Of a DNA stretch of 64,000 nt, positions 22,085 through 33,167 are shown in pieces. Position 1 is the stretch's first letter. Every line of letters starts with the position of its first letter. Source of the stretch: Pelagomonas calceolata (taxonomy: Eukaryota); the NCBI GenBank assembly GCA_918797485.1, contig CAKKNE010000001.1, positions 186,001-250,000 on the forward strand. Reading direction: 5' to 3'. Under the pieces are notes generated by a model. That model saw only the letters and a program-made list of their open reading frames with translations, searched no databases and was not told the DNA's origin. The position numbers were made by a program, and so were the translations under genes.

Positions 22085-25000
22085 ATGGTGCGCACGGCAG
22101 CAGACCGCTGGAAGCGCGTGAAAAGAGCCCCTCTGGACCTCCTGAAAGCGGCCGCCGCCCAGCCCTTCGACGATAACTCTTTGTTGGGCCAAGCCGCAGT
22201 CTTCCGCGCGAAGCGCGCGAAGCGCCACAAGCCCGCGCCGGCGCCGAAGAAGGCGGTGCTGAAGGATCAGCCTCCGGGACGATTGTTACCGTTCAAGGAA
22301 GGGACTTCGGTGAAAGTCGTGAAGCGCAAGCTCGCCGTCGGTAATGCTCCAGAGGCGGGCCAGCCCGAGGTCGAGGCCTTGGTGAGGGAGCCGATGGGGC
22401 GGGAGGGCTCCCTCGAGTCCGACTGGAATTTGAGGAGGATAGGCGCTTTATTAGCCAAGTCCGAAGCGATGGACGACGAGTACGCCGTGGCCCGGCGGAA
22501 GATCTTCAACCCCTTGCCTACTACGAAAGACAAGGCTAGTAAGGCGCCCGTGACGGGTCTGAGGACGTCCGGGCTTGTCACACGTTCAATAGTCGCGTTG
22601 GATCATTTAGGAGACGCGTCGGCATTGAGGACCGAAGGATTAATAAGGTTGGAGGGTCCCATCACCATAAAAAAACGAAAACCGCCCGTGCCGCGCCTGC
22701 ACTTGGATCGCGTCGAACGAGACCCGCTCGAAGGGTTCATGCCAGGACATCGTATCGGAGCCAATAAAGATAGAGTCGATCTACTCAGAGAACCGATCCG
22801 AGACCGGGACAAGGACTGGCGCGCCCTGTCGTGGCGGGACCACCTCGTACTGAGAAACGGCGACGGCGTCGAGCGCGCGAGACGAAGAACAGAGGTTTCA
22901 TCAGAGATAAATTCTGGGGCGGCGACCGCACGCGGTTCGTTCCCGAACTACGACGAGCAGCATCCACGCACATCATCGAAGCGCGAGGAGCCATTATCTC
23001 GCGGACGCGAGGCCGGTTGAGCGTGATTGGGATTGGCTTTGCCGGGACCGTGTTTGAGAAGTTACATGACGAGGATCATAGCACGCGCATGATCAAGATC
23101 CAGTTCCAGGCTCCCTCCAATTCAATTTCTTGGTACCAGATGGATCGGCGGGGTCTGTTGCACATCTTCTCGGAGCGCGAGGATCGAGATTCATTGTTGG
23201 TGCCGGGGAACCGTCCTAAATTGATCAACGCTCTCTTGGAGCACAGCTACTTCGTCTATGCTCTCACAGAGTGCTGGTGGGGCGCGAGGCGCCGGCCGGA
23301 TGGGGTACGAGTGCTCCCTTCGGCGAGCACAACGACGTCGAGAAAGAGTCATCACAGTTAAAGGGCACGCGGACGACGTACTACACGCATTTGGAACAGT
23401 GGGAGGCGGAGCCCGGCGTGATCCCGAGGAAGGGCCCGCATCTGCCCGACGAATGTAGAGTTTATAGAGAAACGAAGGCGAAGAAGCGGTTCAAGGCGCG
23501 GCTCGCGCTGCTGCGGGCCATGTCCCCCGAGAAGAATGCCACTACTCTCTTCGAGGCGCCGTCGCCGTCGCGGCCGGCGTCGTCCACAACGCGGCCGCCC
23601 TCGGCCCCGCCCCCGCCAGCTGTGTCCGCGCCGACGCCCGCCGCGGCCCCGGCGCCCGCCAGTAGTACACAATCGGCGGCCGGCGTCGGCGCGGCGGCCC
23701 CGGCGCCCGCCCGGAGTAGTAGACCATCGGCGGCCGGCGTAGGCGCGAGACCGTCCTCGAGACAGCAGAAGAAGCCCGAGAAGTGGCCGGGCGCCTACAC
23801 CGTGAGACTGTGCATGGCCCTACGCGTGGGGCCCGTCAGACGAGTCCACCTGGACCAAGTGAGACACGTCGAACGAGCAATCAAGAAAGATAGAGAACAA
23901 GCTGTGGCGGCCTACAAGGCCGCGAAGTGGCACCTGACGCCGAAACGGTACCGGGGCTGCGTCGTGGCCTGCGGGGCCTATGTGAAGGGTGAATCTTGTG
24001 CAGTCCGGGTCTACGACGCGCCGGCGTTGCTCAACAAGATCTGCACCGTGAGAGTCACTCATATAAGGACCGGATTGGAGTACGAGTGTCGCCTGCCTTA
24101 TACTGATTTAGCCAAGTGGACGTCTACCGATGAGCCAGTGGACGAGGACGACGTCGAGGGCCGGAAGCGCCTCGCGCGCAAGATTCCCTCGCTGCTGTCT
24201 TTCTGTTCCGAGAACGACCTGGCGCGGAAGGCCCACGCCGAATCAGTGAGGAGGTGCCACGCGCGCGGCATGCCGGGGCCACAGGCACCATTGCTCGAGA
24301 AGGGTCCTAGTCTCGAGGTCCTGAAGATCGGTCCTAGATCGGTCCCCTTGGACGCGGACTATTTGACGGGTGAGAATGTGCTAGAAACGCATGCGCAGCA
24401 GAAGTACACGAAGCCGCTTTATTTACAAAGTGGCATTGCGGGAGATTGTCTGTTCAAGCAGCAGGGCTACGGTCCGGGGTTGGTGCACGCTCTGTCATCT
24501 CCCCTCAAAACGCCCTCGTCTCCCACAGAAAGGGGGTCGTACCGACTCATCAAAAGAAGAACACATGCTCGCTGCGTGGAGAAAGAATTGCTAGCGCGAG
24601 GCGCTTCAGTCGTAGAAGGGAGACGGTGCCGCTTCGAGTGCCTGCGGACTTTGGAAGACAACTACGAGCTCCGGCTCTTCTTCGACGTCAGGGAGACCTA
24701 CACGCTGCCCCTGCGGAAACATGCTGTTGATAGATACGGCAAGGCCTCGGCGTCGTCCAAGTTCGTCCACGTGAAGAGGGAGGAGGCCGTCCTCGATGCG
24801 CGCAACGCCGCCATCGTAGCGGAAGGAGCCTGCCTCGACGACTTTGATGATGAGGACGCCGCGAAGGCGAACGCCGCCGCGGGCATGGCGATGAGCGTGC
24901 GCGACCGCTTCAGGAAGAAGCGGAAGAAGAAGAAGGGCCGCGGGCCGCCCAAAGTGGGCATGTCGCGGGATGAGAAGAAAGCTTGCATGGCTATTGCGGT

Positions 25001-26104
25001 GGCTTTCGTCGTATGGAGTTTCGCGGGCCTGCTACCTTCTCGGAGTTTGTTCGGGACTTGGTCGAGCAATGCGTTGATGATGCTCTCCAAGAGCCTCAGA
25101 GAGTTGTGAAGGAAGTCTTGCGACAAGCGGTGCGTACGGTTGCGTGCTCGGTCTCGGCGGACGACGCCGAGGAACATGTTCGCCATTCTTGTGCTTCTTG
25201 CTGGTCCGATTTATGTAAGAGGTTGCTAGCGGACGTGCGCATGGTCCCCGACCTACCTGTACTCCAAGAGAGGGAGCGGGCCGTCGCCTATTCCGGTGAA
25301 GATGCCTTCGAGGCCGCTTGTGTAGCTTTATGTGCGGCGCCTGCGTCGAATTTATCTAAGAAGCCTCCCATGAGTGACAACTTCGTCTCCACTACGAAGC
25401 TCGAGCCCTGGCTGCGCCGCGAGCTGTGTATCTCGGACACGGTGCGGAAGCGACTCCTCGACAAGAACCAGTCCCAAGCGTTCCTCGCGAAAGTCGCCGT
25501 TGCTGGAAAGAAGCACCGGGACCACTCTGGTAATGTGTTTGATGCAAAGAACGCTAGAATTCTCCTCAAACACGTGCTCAGAACGAAATACAAGGAGAAG
25601 CCCCGCCTCCGCCTTGAATCAAGATTGTGGCGCGGTATGCGTAGAATAAAGTGCTTCGGTTTACCGGGCGTTGGTACTCATTTATCGGTCTGCGTCACCG
25701 TGAACTGGTTTGATGATAGTGTATTAGTGCAGCTCGAGCAGATGGAGACGTGCGAGTTGATCCCGCTTTCTGTAGATGCGGAGTATTTGATAGATTTGGC
25801 GGACCAGATTGATAATTTGGAAATGGTGGATGGTCGGTACGACCTCACAATAAACATATTCCTGCGGGCGTTAGTCATCAAGGAGGCGCCGAAAGGAAGT
25901 GCTACCAAATACGTCGCGGAATTAGATGAAACTTCGGGCTGGGCGTCCTCCAGACCCACGACGCGGGCCACCGATTTGATGGTTGATGATTTAGCTGAAT
26001 TTGCGTTCGTGGACGACGACGACGACTCGCCGCTGACGACGGACCAGGACTACGGGGTGGAAATGGGGGAGGGGTACTACGAGGCCGCGCGCGCTCGAGT
26101 ATAA
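22085..26104 (+). CDS. Large hypothetical protein, apparently split by about three frameshifts (~22875, ~23262, ~24978)
   Basis: Four overlapping same-strand ORFs tile the region. Frame switches fall at cgcgcg, ctctc and aagaaa repeats with no intron signals. Confidence 0.55.
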
Positions 26105-26114
26105 ATGTGACTTG

Positions 26115-26747
26115 TTATGAGATGCCTAGCAGCTGGGTCAGCTCCTTCTCGCCAAGCCTCAGGTTCACCCACGAGTCGAGGCGGTTCGCGCCGAGGGCCT
26201 TGTAGAAGTCCAGCGCGGGCGTGTTCCTGTGTTCACATGAGTGACGAGGCGCGTCGATGGCGTATCTCTCGCGACCCATCACCACGAGGACGCCGCACAC
26301 GAACCAATCTAAAGCCTGCCACGACATGCGCTTGCAGCCCTCAACGTGCGCGATCGCCGCGACGGTTTTCAGGAGGAGCGTCCCCGTGCCCGTGCCGCGC
26401 GCCGACTCGTCCACGTACAGGTCCTCGAGGTAGATGCAGCGGCCCTGCCACGTGCTGTAGTTATAAAAGAACAGCGCGAAGCCGATTGCGACGCCCTCGA
26501 CCTCGGCCAGCAAACAGCGAAAGACCGGCTGGGCACCGAAGCCGTCCCTCCGTAACTCGTCCTCCGTCACCTCGACCGTCTCCTCAGGCTCCTTCTCGTA
26601 GAGGGCCAGGCCGACGATGAGTTTTCGGATCGTGCCGACGTCGGCCTCGGTCGCGAGGCGGATCGTCACTTTCGTGCCCTTCTTTGTTGTGTGAGTGCCG
26701 AGGCCGTACTGCTGCTCTTTGAACGGACAACTCGTCTCGGCGGCCAT
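26115..26747 (-). CDS. GNAT diamine/spermidine N-acetyltransferase (SSAT-like); intron 26227-26304
   Basis: LALYEKEP, GFALFFYNYSTWQGRCIYLEDLYV..RGTGTG; splicing restores ALDW|NTPALDFY. Confidence 0.9.
   Translation of the reverse strand: MAAETSCPFKEQQYGLGTHTTKKGTKVTIRLATEADVGTIRKLIVGLALYEKEPEETVEVTEDELRRDGFGAQPVFRCLLAEVEGVAIGFALFFYNYSTWQGRCIYLEDLYVDESARGTGTGTLLLKTVAAIAHVEGCKRMSWQALDWFVCGVLVVMGRERYAIDAPRHSCEHRNTPALDFYKALGANRLDSWVNLRLGEKELTQLLGIS
26227..26304 (-). other. 78-bp GT-AG intron carrying the ACGCCATCGACGCG core
   Basis: GTTCGTG...GAACACAG; removal restores the conserved DWN motif. Confidence 0.85.
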
Positions 26748-27032
26748 CGCTGCGGTGATTATCTGGTGCTCTCCGAAGCTGGTGGTGCTCTCTGGGAAGC
26801 TGAGAGCAGGTTGTACACGGGAATCGCAAGTGCGAGAATGAGTTGAAATTGGTCTCTATTGATGAGCCGTGGCACTCCTACTGCACAACAGGGCGAGCAA
26901 GTGGCCCGAGCAAAGCCCGGCTTGTATATTCCTAGTGCATGTCTACACTAGCTCTCGCCTTCCCCCTCCTTTGCGCTTTACAACAACATCACAGGGGTCT
27001 ACGTGCTCTACGGAAGCGTTGAACGAAGCGCC

Positions 27033-28792
27033 ATGAACGCCGCTTTCCCCCGACTCAGCGCCTGGCTGGGCCTGGGCCCTCCATCACCCTCTGCTGAGGA
27101 GGCAAGCACTGCCCCGCCCGCCGAGGCACCGCCGACGGGCACACCGATGGAGGTCGAAGAAGAGGCCACGGCCGCCGCCGCCGTCGCCTGGCTCTCGCCC
27201 GAGCTCGCGACGTCGCCCCAGCGGAGGGCCCCGGCCAGTTCCGCCGCCGCCACGGCCCCCTTCTCGCCATCGTTCACGACCGAGCGCCCGCAGCGGCCCC
27301 GGCGGCGGCCCTCGCCCCAATTGATGGAGGCGCCCGCGCTCGCTTCGCCGACTCTAGCGGAAGAGCCGCCTTCACAACCGGCACCCGTCGAGCTGCCCGA
27401 GACGCCCCCCGTCGAACAAGTAGAGAAGATGGTCCTCGAACCACCTAAACCACGGCGCAAGCCCATGGCCCCGCCGCCGCCGAAACTGGAAGAGGCCCTC
27501 CGGCAAAAACTCGCGGAAGCTCTCGGGGACGACGCTACATCATACATCAATTCATTTAGACGATGTGGCCGATGTGGCAAGGCCTGCGACTCTTCCAAGT
27601 GTATGGTGGAGCACCCGGCCCACTTGCGGCGGGACCGAGGCGCGACGTTTTCCTTTTCGTCGTACGAGTCGCTCTACGCGTGTGGCGTGTGCGGCGCCGA
27701 GTTCAAGGAGGTCGTCGACGCGAAGAACGGCGTCATCTCGTCGTCGAAGTTCGTGGGTGACTTGGTGTGTTTTTGTGGAGTGCACGCCGCCCAGTGTTTG
27801 CGGAGCGATCCCCAACGGGTCCACGAGAACGCCGTCACGCTGTCGCGGGCCCACGACCTCCAGGAGCACTTGGATAATGTGCCAGATGATGTAGAAATAC
27901 TGACCGTGACGTGGGGGGCCACTCGACCCGTGAGCGTGAGCTTCCAGCCGGACGGTTTGCGTTTTTTAAAGCTGCGGGTCTTGTCCCTGCAGACGCTGGA
28001 AGGGTTTCGGACCGTCTACCTCGACCAGGTCACGGTGCCCTCGCTGCAAGATTTAACATTGCAACATAAATCACGAAGTTGCTGGGTGCATTTGGATTTA
28101 CCGCAGATCCGGTACGTTGCCGCGTCCTACGCCATCGCCGCGTCGACGGCGTGAACGCGCCACTGCACACTCACGGCGTCGGTCCGCGCAGGAATCTATA
28201 TCTGAGAAGTTGGGAGGGCGAGGCCGACTGCGTCCGGTCGTTATTAGCCGAAGCTGTTGATTTAGAAACGTTCGCGGCTAGATGTCTACCGGCCGAGGAT
28301 TTGAGATTTTGCTCGGACTGTCTAAGGGAGGTGACGGTCAACCGCTGCGAAGCCTTGCGGACGTTAATTTTGGATGCGCCGTATTTGACGCATCTGCGCG
28401 TGGACCACTGCTTCAATTTGGACAATATCGAGTTCCTGCACCCCTCTTCAACAGGTGGGCCGCTGAAGGTGTCGAGTCGCGGCGCGTATCTGGGCGGCAC
28501 GGCGCGGAGAAACTTGCGCGCGCATCCGCGTTCCGTACGAGCTGATGATGATCAAGACGCGGCGCGTTCCGTCTTTCCTCTCGCTTCGTATGCGCACGAG
28601 GACCACTCGGGGCAAGCGGCTAGAGCTCTGAACGGGCGCTCGTCGGGCTGCAAGGCCTGGTGGGATGCCGAGAGTGATGGGGAGTCGGACGTTGGGGATA
28701 GTGATGACGAGGACGAAGAACCCGAGGCCGTGCGCGACTTCCGGAGGATGATGGCGTTCGTCGCGCGACGCGCCGGCGACGGCGGTGACTAA
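27033..28792 (+). CDS. Cys-rich + leucine-rich-repeat (FBXL-like LRR) protein; intron 28112-28191
   Basis: LRVLSLQ, LQDLTLQ, LREVTVNRCEALRTLILDAPYLTHLRVDHCFNL. GTACGT...CGCAG joins the two ORFs in frame (IR|NLY). Confidence 0.7.
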
Positions 28793-30379
28793 AATTTTTT
28801 GCTGTTTTCTAGACCTATGCTGCGTCGTGTTCCTCTGCCTATTGACGTTCTACAGCTTATTCTCGCGGGTTTTGTCCGATGCGCACGTTTTTGGTCCCAC
28901 TTACTCGTCAAGTGTCGAACAGCATAAGTTCATTACGCGCCCTCGGCCCAGAGGAAAATCGCTCGCGCATAGCACAAGCATCGAGGCTTTGGTCATCCTC
29001 TGAAACTCTGCTGAGTCTGCTCACCATCGCGTTAATTGTATGGCCGAGTGCGGTTGCTGCGTGTGGTTGGGTTATACTAAGGATTCCTACCGCGATTTCA
29101 AGAAGCGCCCGTCGCAACGCACGCCGAAAAGGTCACGAGTCTCACCGAGCGCCAGTGAAAGCAGCTCAAACACTGAGTCGTCGTCAAGCTCCCCAGTCAC
29201 TAGAACGAAGCGCCGCCACAAACCGTTGATTCGGAATAAAAGAAGAAGGTGAACGCGATGGGCCAGGCGCGGGCGCCGCCCGCGCGTCTTGCGGGCGTGA
29301 AGCGGATAGGCCGCTCCCTCAAGTACAGCAGAGCATGATGAAAGGTATGCCCCGGCTCATGATAAAACTGGTTGAGCGCTTTGAAATTCCCCCTTGTAAT
29401 ATTCCTTTGTATGCATATAATCTCCCTCCCGGACAGAGCGGGAATTAAGCTCTGAACTTCACTATTCGGGGGTCAGCCGGAGAGGTCCCTTTTCAAAAGT
29501 CATCCGCCTAGGCCTGTATACATGTATACTATACTTATGTAACATGTATATATATATACGGATTCCTAGTATGTCGATACGCTAGATCGCTAGGTCTTGC
29601 GGCTCGCCAAAATACACCAGCGATTGACGGCGCCATCTACCGTCCAAATGGTACATCATATCAACTCCAGCGCGGTTTTCATCCACACTCGACGGAACCG
29701 GAGCCGACGGCCCGCGCTCGGAGGGCGGGAGAAGAATTCTACTAGACAACTCCCGAGTTTATGTTCGTTTTTATCCGTTTGTTGATGGTAGAGGCCGTTT
29801 AGGCCGCCTGGACATGAGCCTATCTATATTAGAAGTCCCGTTGGAGCCGCGCGAAACTGCGATTCGGCAGCCTCGCGTTTACCCAAAGGTGAGCCGAGAA
29901 CCTGACTCTGCGAGTATCAGCGACGACACCATCCAGATGGACCATAACGCCGTTGTTCTATTCACAATCGACCGACTTGCCCGTTCTCCGCGGACGACGG
30001 TACGTTGACGGAGCACCAGAAAGGGCCCAGACCAGTGGTTTATAAAATAAATTCGCGTTTCAGGCGCTTCGGTTATGGGACGGGCCAGCTAATTGGCCTG
30101 AGCGTGTCCTACATTTGATTTCCTATTGCCAAATGCTCCCGCGCCTTGTCGGTCTCGCGACCACCGTATCTCGCTTATATGGGCGAGTTACTTTGACCTG
30201 CGACCATCAGCCCGTGTAACATCACCATGGACCATGACGCGATCATTTGTTTCATGACCGACGGACTTACGCGAGGTCCAGATAAAGATGTTCACGCCCC
30301 GAGCGTGGGCAGCCAAAAGTACCCTTCTTATAATGTAGATGTCATATACTTGTAGTTGACTATCGATGGGGTAGTATAG

Positions 30380-31549
30380 GGTCCAACGGGACCGCTATTA
30401 CGATTCCTGGGGGCCCTCAAAAATTGACGTTTTTGACGGGAACGGGGCGCCATCGGGCCCAAATTGTTTACTTTTTTCGGATCTAGATCGGCTCACGGAC
30501 TCTCTCCGGGATAGGTCTGGGGTCGGGTGGTCCCCTAGGCCGCATTCGCCAGCGCTTGGGGCTCCCCAGAGGCCTCTGGATCGAAATCTTTGGCAAATCA
30601 TGGTCGGCACGGCCTTCAGCATGACGGCGACGGTGCGGCCTCGCGACGGCGGTACGGTGGCGGCCGTGTATACTTGGAACTCACAATCGATGGACGGACC
30701 TCACGACCGGCGGGCGGTCTCGTTTGGCCCGACGGCGTGAAGGCAACATTAATGGAGAGCCCGGACGGCGACACGAGGCCGACCGGCGCAACTGAAATGG
30801 CATTACTGGGCAGACCTCGCGGCCCGCGGGCGGTCTCGTTTGGCCCGACGGCGTGAAGGCATCATCAATGGAGAGCCCGGACGGCGGCACGAGGCCGTCC
30901 GGCGCAACTGAACAACATCGACGGAGTGGTTCGGCGGCCGGCGGGCGGTCTAGTTTGGCCCAACGGCGTACCGACGTGGAGAAGGCATTGATCAATGTAA
31001 ATCCCTGGATTGTCCTATCAGCTTCCCCCGTGGAGCAGTTACTGGATGCGAAAACGTCCTAAGTCCTATGAGTCGGCGGCGCGAAGTCCGGAGCCTGAGG
31101 GCAGACCGACCGCGTGGTGAGTCCGGCGGTGACGGGCAGGCGGCGGCATGACCTGGTAGGAACGTCCGGTCGCGTTGGCCCACTTGGACCGGCGAGACAC
31201 GCTCGGAGGGTGCACCTACCCGAAGTTTTTTTTCCCTCCCTTTCCATGAGGCCGGGGGGTTGTTTTCGAAGGTAAGGTCTAAAACACTAAAAAAAAAAAA
31301 AAAATGGTCCAAAGCAATAGAGCGCAAAGGACCTTGCTTATATGTATGCACCGATGGGAGCGCCCGCGCATGCGGCGTAGGCGATTGCACGTGTACAGTA
31401 CCGACCCTTAGCGATCCCCGGGAGACCTCAGGACCACGTATCGACAGGATTCCACCGACGCGCCCGCCACGGTGGCGTCGTCAATATCGCGAATTAAAAA
31501 AAAAACTTTTTTCGTCCCCCAGGAAGTGTCCCATTGATCTCTTTGGACC
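30380..31549. mobile_element. Putative non-autonomous DNA element with imperfect terminal inverted repeats
   Basis: GGTCCAA-N17-TTCCTGGGGG at 30380-30413 is mirrored by CCCCCAGGAA-N17-TTGGACC at 31516-31549. It has internal tandem repeats and no credible ORF. Confidence 0.45.
30695..30970. repeat. ~115-bp tandem repeat, about 2.4 copies
   Basis: GCGGGCGGTCT(C/A)GTTTGGCCC(G/A)ACGGCGT at 30710, 30826 and 30941. Confidence 0.9.
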
Positions 31550-31829
31550 AGTAGCTAACCGAAGGGTACTCAAACAACTGCATGTCGTTCGCCTGCTTCC
31601 TAGTGTGTCTACAGGCCGCTAGCTTGATTTTGGCTGGGTTTGCAGGTACGGCGCAAGAGGGAGCGCTACGTTGCAGTTTCACTCCTCCGACGTGCGCACG
31701 AATGTGCCGGGAAACTTGCATCAGCTTGCACCCCATAGTTGTGCAGCACTGAAAGTGTACAGCTGCAGCATGCCCACTGCAGCTTGACTGCAGCAAACGA
31801 CGCGACACGTGCACGACGCCGACGCGACG

Positions 31830-32836
31830 ATGCGGCCCTCCGCGGCCCGCGCGACGTTGCTGGCAGTCGCCCTGAGCTACGGCTCGCAGGACGTGGCGCT
31901 GCGGCTCGTCCTGACGCTAACCGCGGCGCCGTCGCCGCCGGCCGTGGCCCTGGTCAAAGCGTTGATCCAGGCCGCCGCGTTCGCGCCGCCCTACTTTTTT
32001 TCGAGGCGCGACGGCGCCGCTCCACCCTGGTCCGTGTCGCTCGGCCTCGCGGCGGCACTCGTGGCGTCCAACGAGTTTCTGCTCGAGGGCATCAAGCGGA
32101 CGTCGGCGGCGAAGGCTGCGTTCCTGCTCCAGTTGTCCGTCGTGTTTACGCCGATCCTGGAATACCTTGTGCTGCGGCGACGGCAAGGCGCGCGCGTCTG
32201 GCTCGGAGCATTGTGTGCGTGCGTGGGCTGCGCGTTTCTGACGAGCAGTCCGGACGACTCCTTCGTGATCGTCCAGCAGCGGACCGGCGATTTACTGGTC
32301 GTGGCCGCGGCGACGGCGTGGGCGGCGTACATCGTGCTCACGGCGGCGATCCCGCCGGACGCGGGCGCGCTCGAGGTGCAGGCCCGCAAGAACCTCGCCT
32401 GCGCCGGGTTCTACGCGCTGAGTGGAAATTAAATTTCGGGCGCCCCACGCCATCGACGCGATGTTGTCTACACAGGTTCTACGGCATCTGCTGGGCCTCG
32501 TCCGCGTCCGTCGAGGCCTCGGGCGCCTGGACGCCGCGCGCTTTATTGGTTGTAGCCTACTGCGCCCTGGTCCCAGGAGCGCTCGCGGACGTGCTGCAAC
32601 AAGGAGCCCAGGCCGCGATTCACGCGGCCGAGGCGTCAATCGTCCTCTCATCGGAGCCGATCTGGGCGGCGCTCCTCGCGGCGCCGGTGCTCGGCGAGGG
32701 CCTCACGGCACGCGTCGGCGGCGGCGGCGCCCTGATCTTCGCGGGCGCGGCGCTCGCGGCGAGCGGCTCTAGCCCGGGCGCCGAGGCGGCGGCATTCCTC
32801 GACGCGGCATTCGCTGATGTGCAAGTTGAGGCTTAA
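31830..32836 (+). CDS. EamA/DMT family transporter; intron 32408-32475
   Basis: TSAAKAAFLLQLSVVFTP, GDLLVVAAATAWAAYIV, Q..IHAAEASIVLSSEPIWAALLA.PVLGE; splicing gives LACAG|FYGICW in frame. Confidence 0.88.
32408..32483 (+). mobile_element. Introner-like element: 8-bp TSD GTTCTACG (32408-32415 / 32476-32483)
   Basis: Exact direct repeat flanks CTGAGTGGAAAT...CCACGCCATCGACGCGA...CTACACAG. The GT donor comes from the TSD and the AG from the element. Confidence 0.85.
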
Positions 32837-33167
32837 GTTTAAGTTAAGCCGACCATTATGCCTTCGCGAGCAATCCCGGGACGGCCCGAGTCTTCCTCGC
32901 AGATCGAGACCGGTTCGTCTGCACCCTAATTGGCCGCAAATTCGCAGCGTCCACAACCAATCCTGACGCGCAGCTTGCTACAGCTCGCATACGTCACTAT
33001 CAATCATTTAAACACGCGCGCGCCGCTTTCACAGCCGCCGCGGCAGCAATAATGGGCTCACCATGGCCGCACGCGTTCTCGCACGCCGCGCGCGGCGAGG
33101 CGCCTGTCGACCTTCTCGCACGCAGACCGAGCGTAGCGCTGCGCTCTAACGCGGCCGCGGGTGCAAG

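Noticed and set aside
22860..24990. Three frame switches in the large hypothetical gene (pseudogene or recoding?)
   Set aside because: They fall in short dinucleotide or purine repeats, and similar indels occur elsewhere (~37570, ~53385), pointing to assembly error.
30695..30970. CRISPR-like array
   Set aside because: The whole 115-bp unit is repeated with no unique spacers, there are no cas genes, and the context is eukaryotic.
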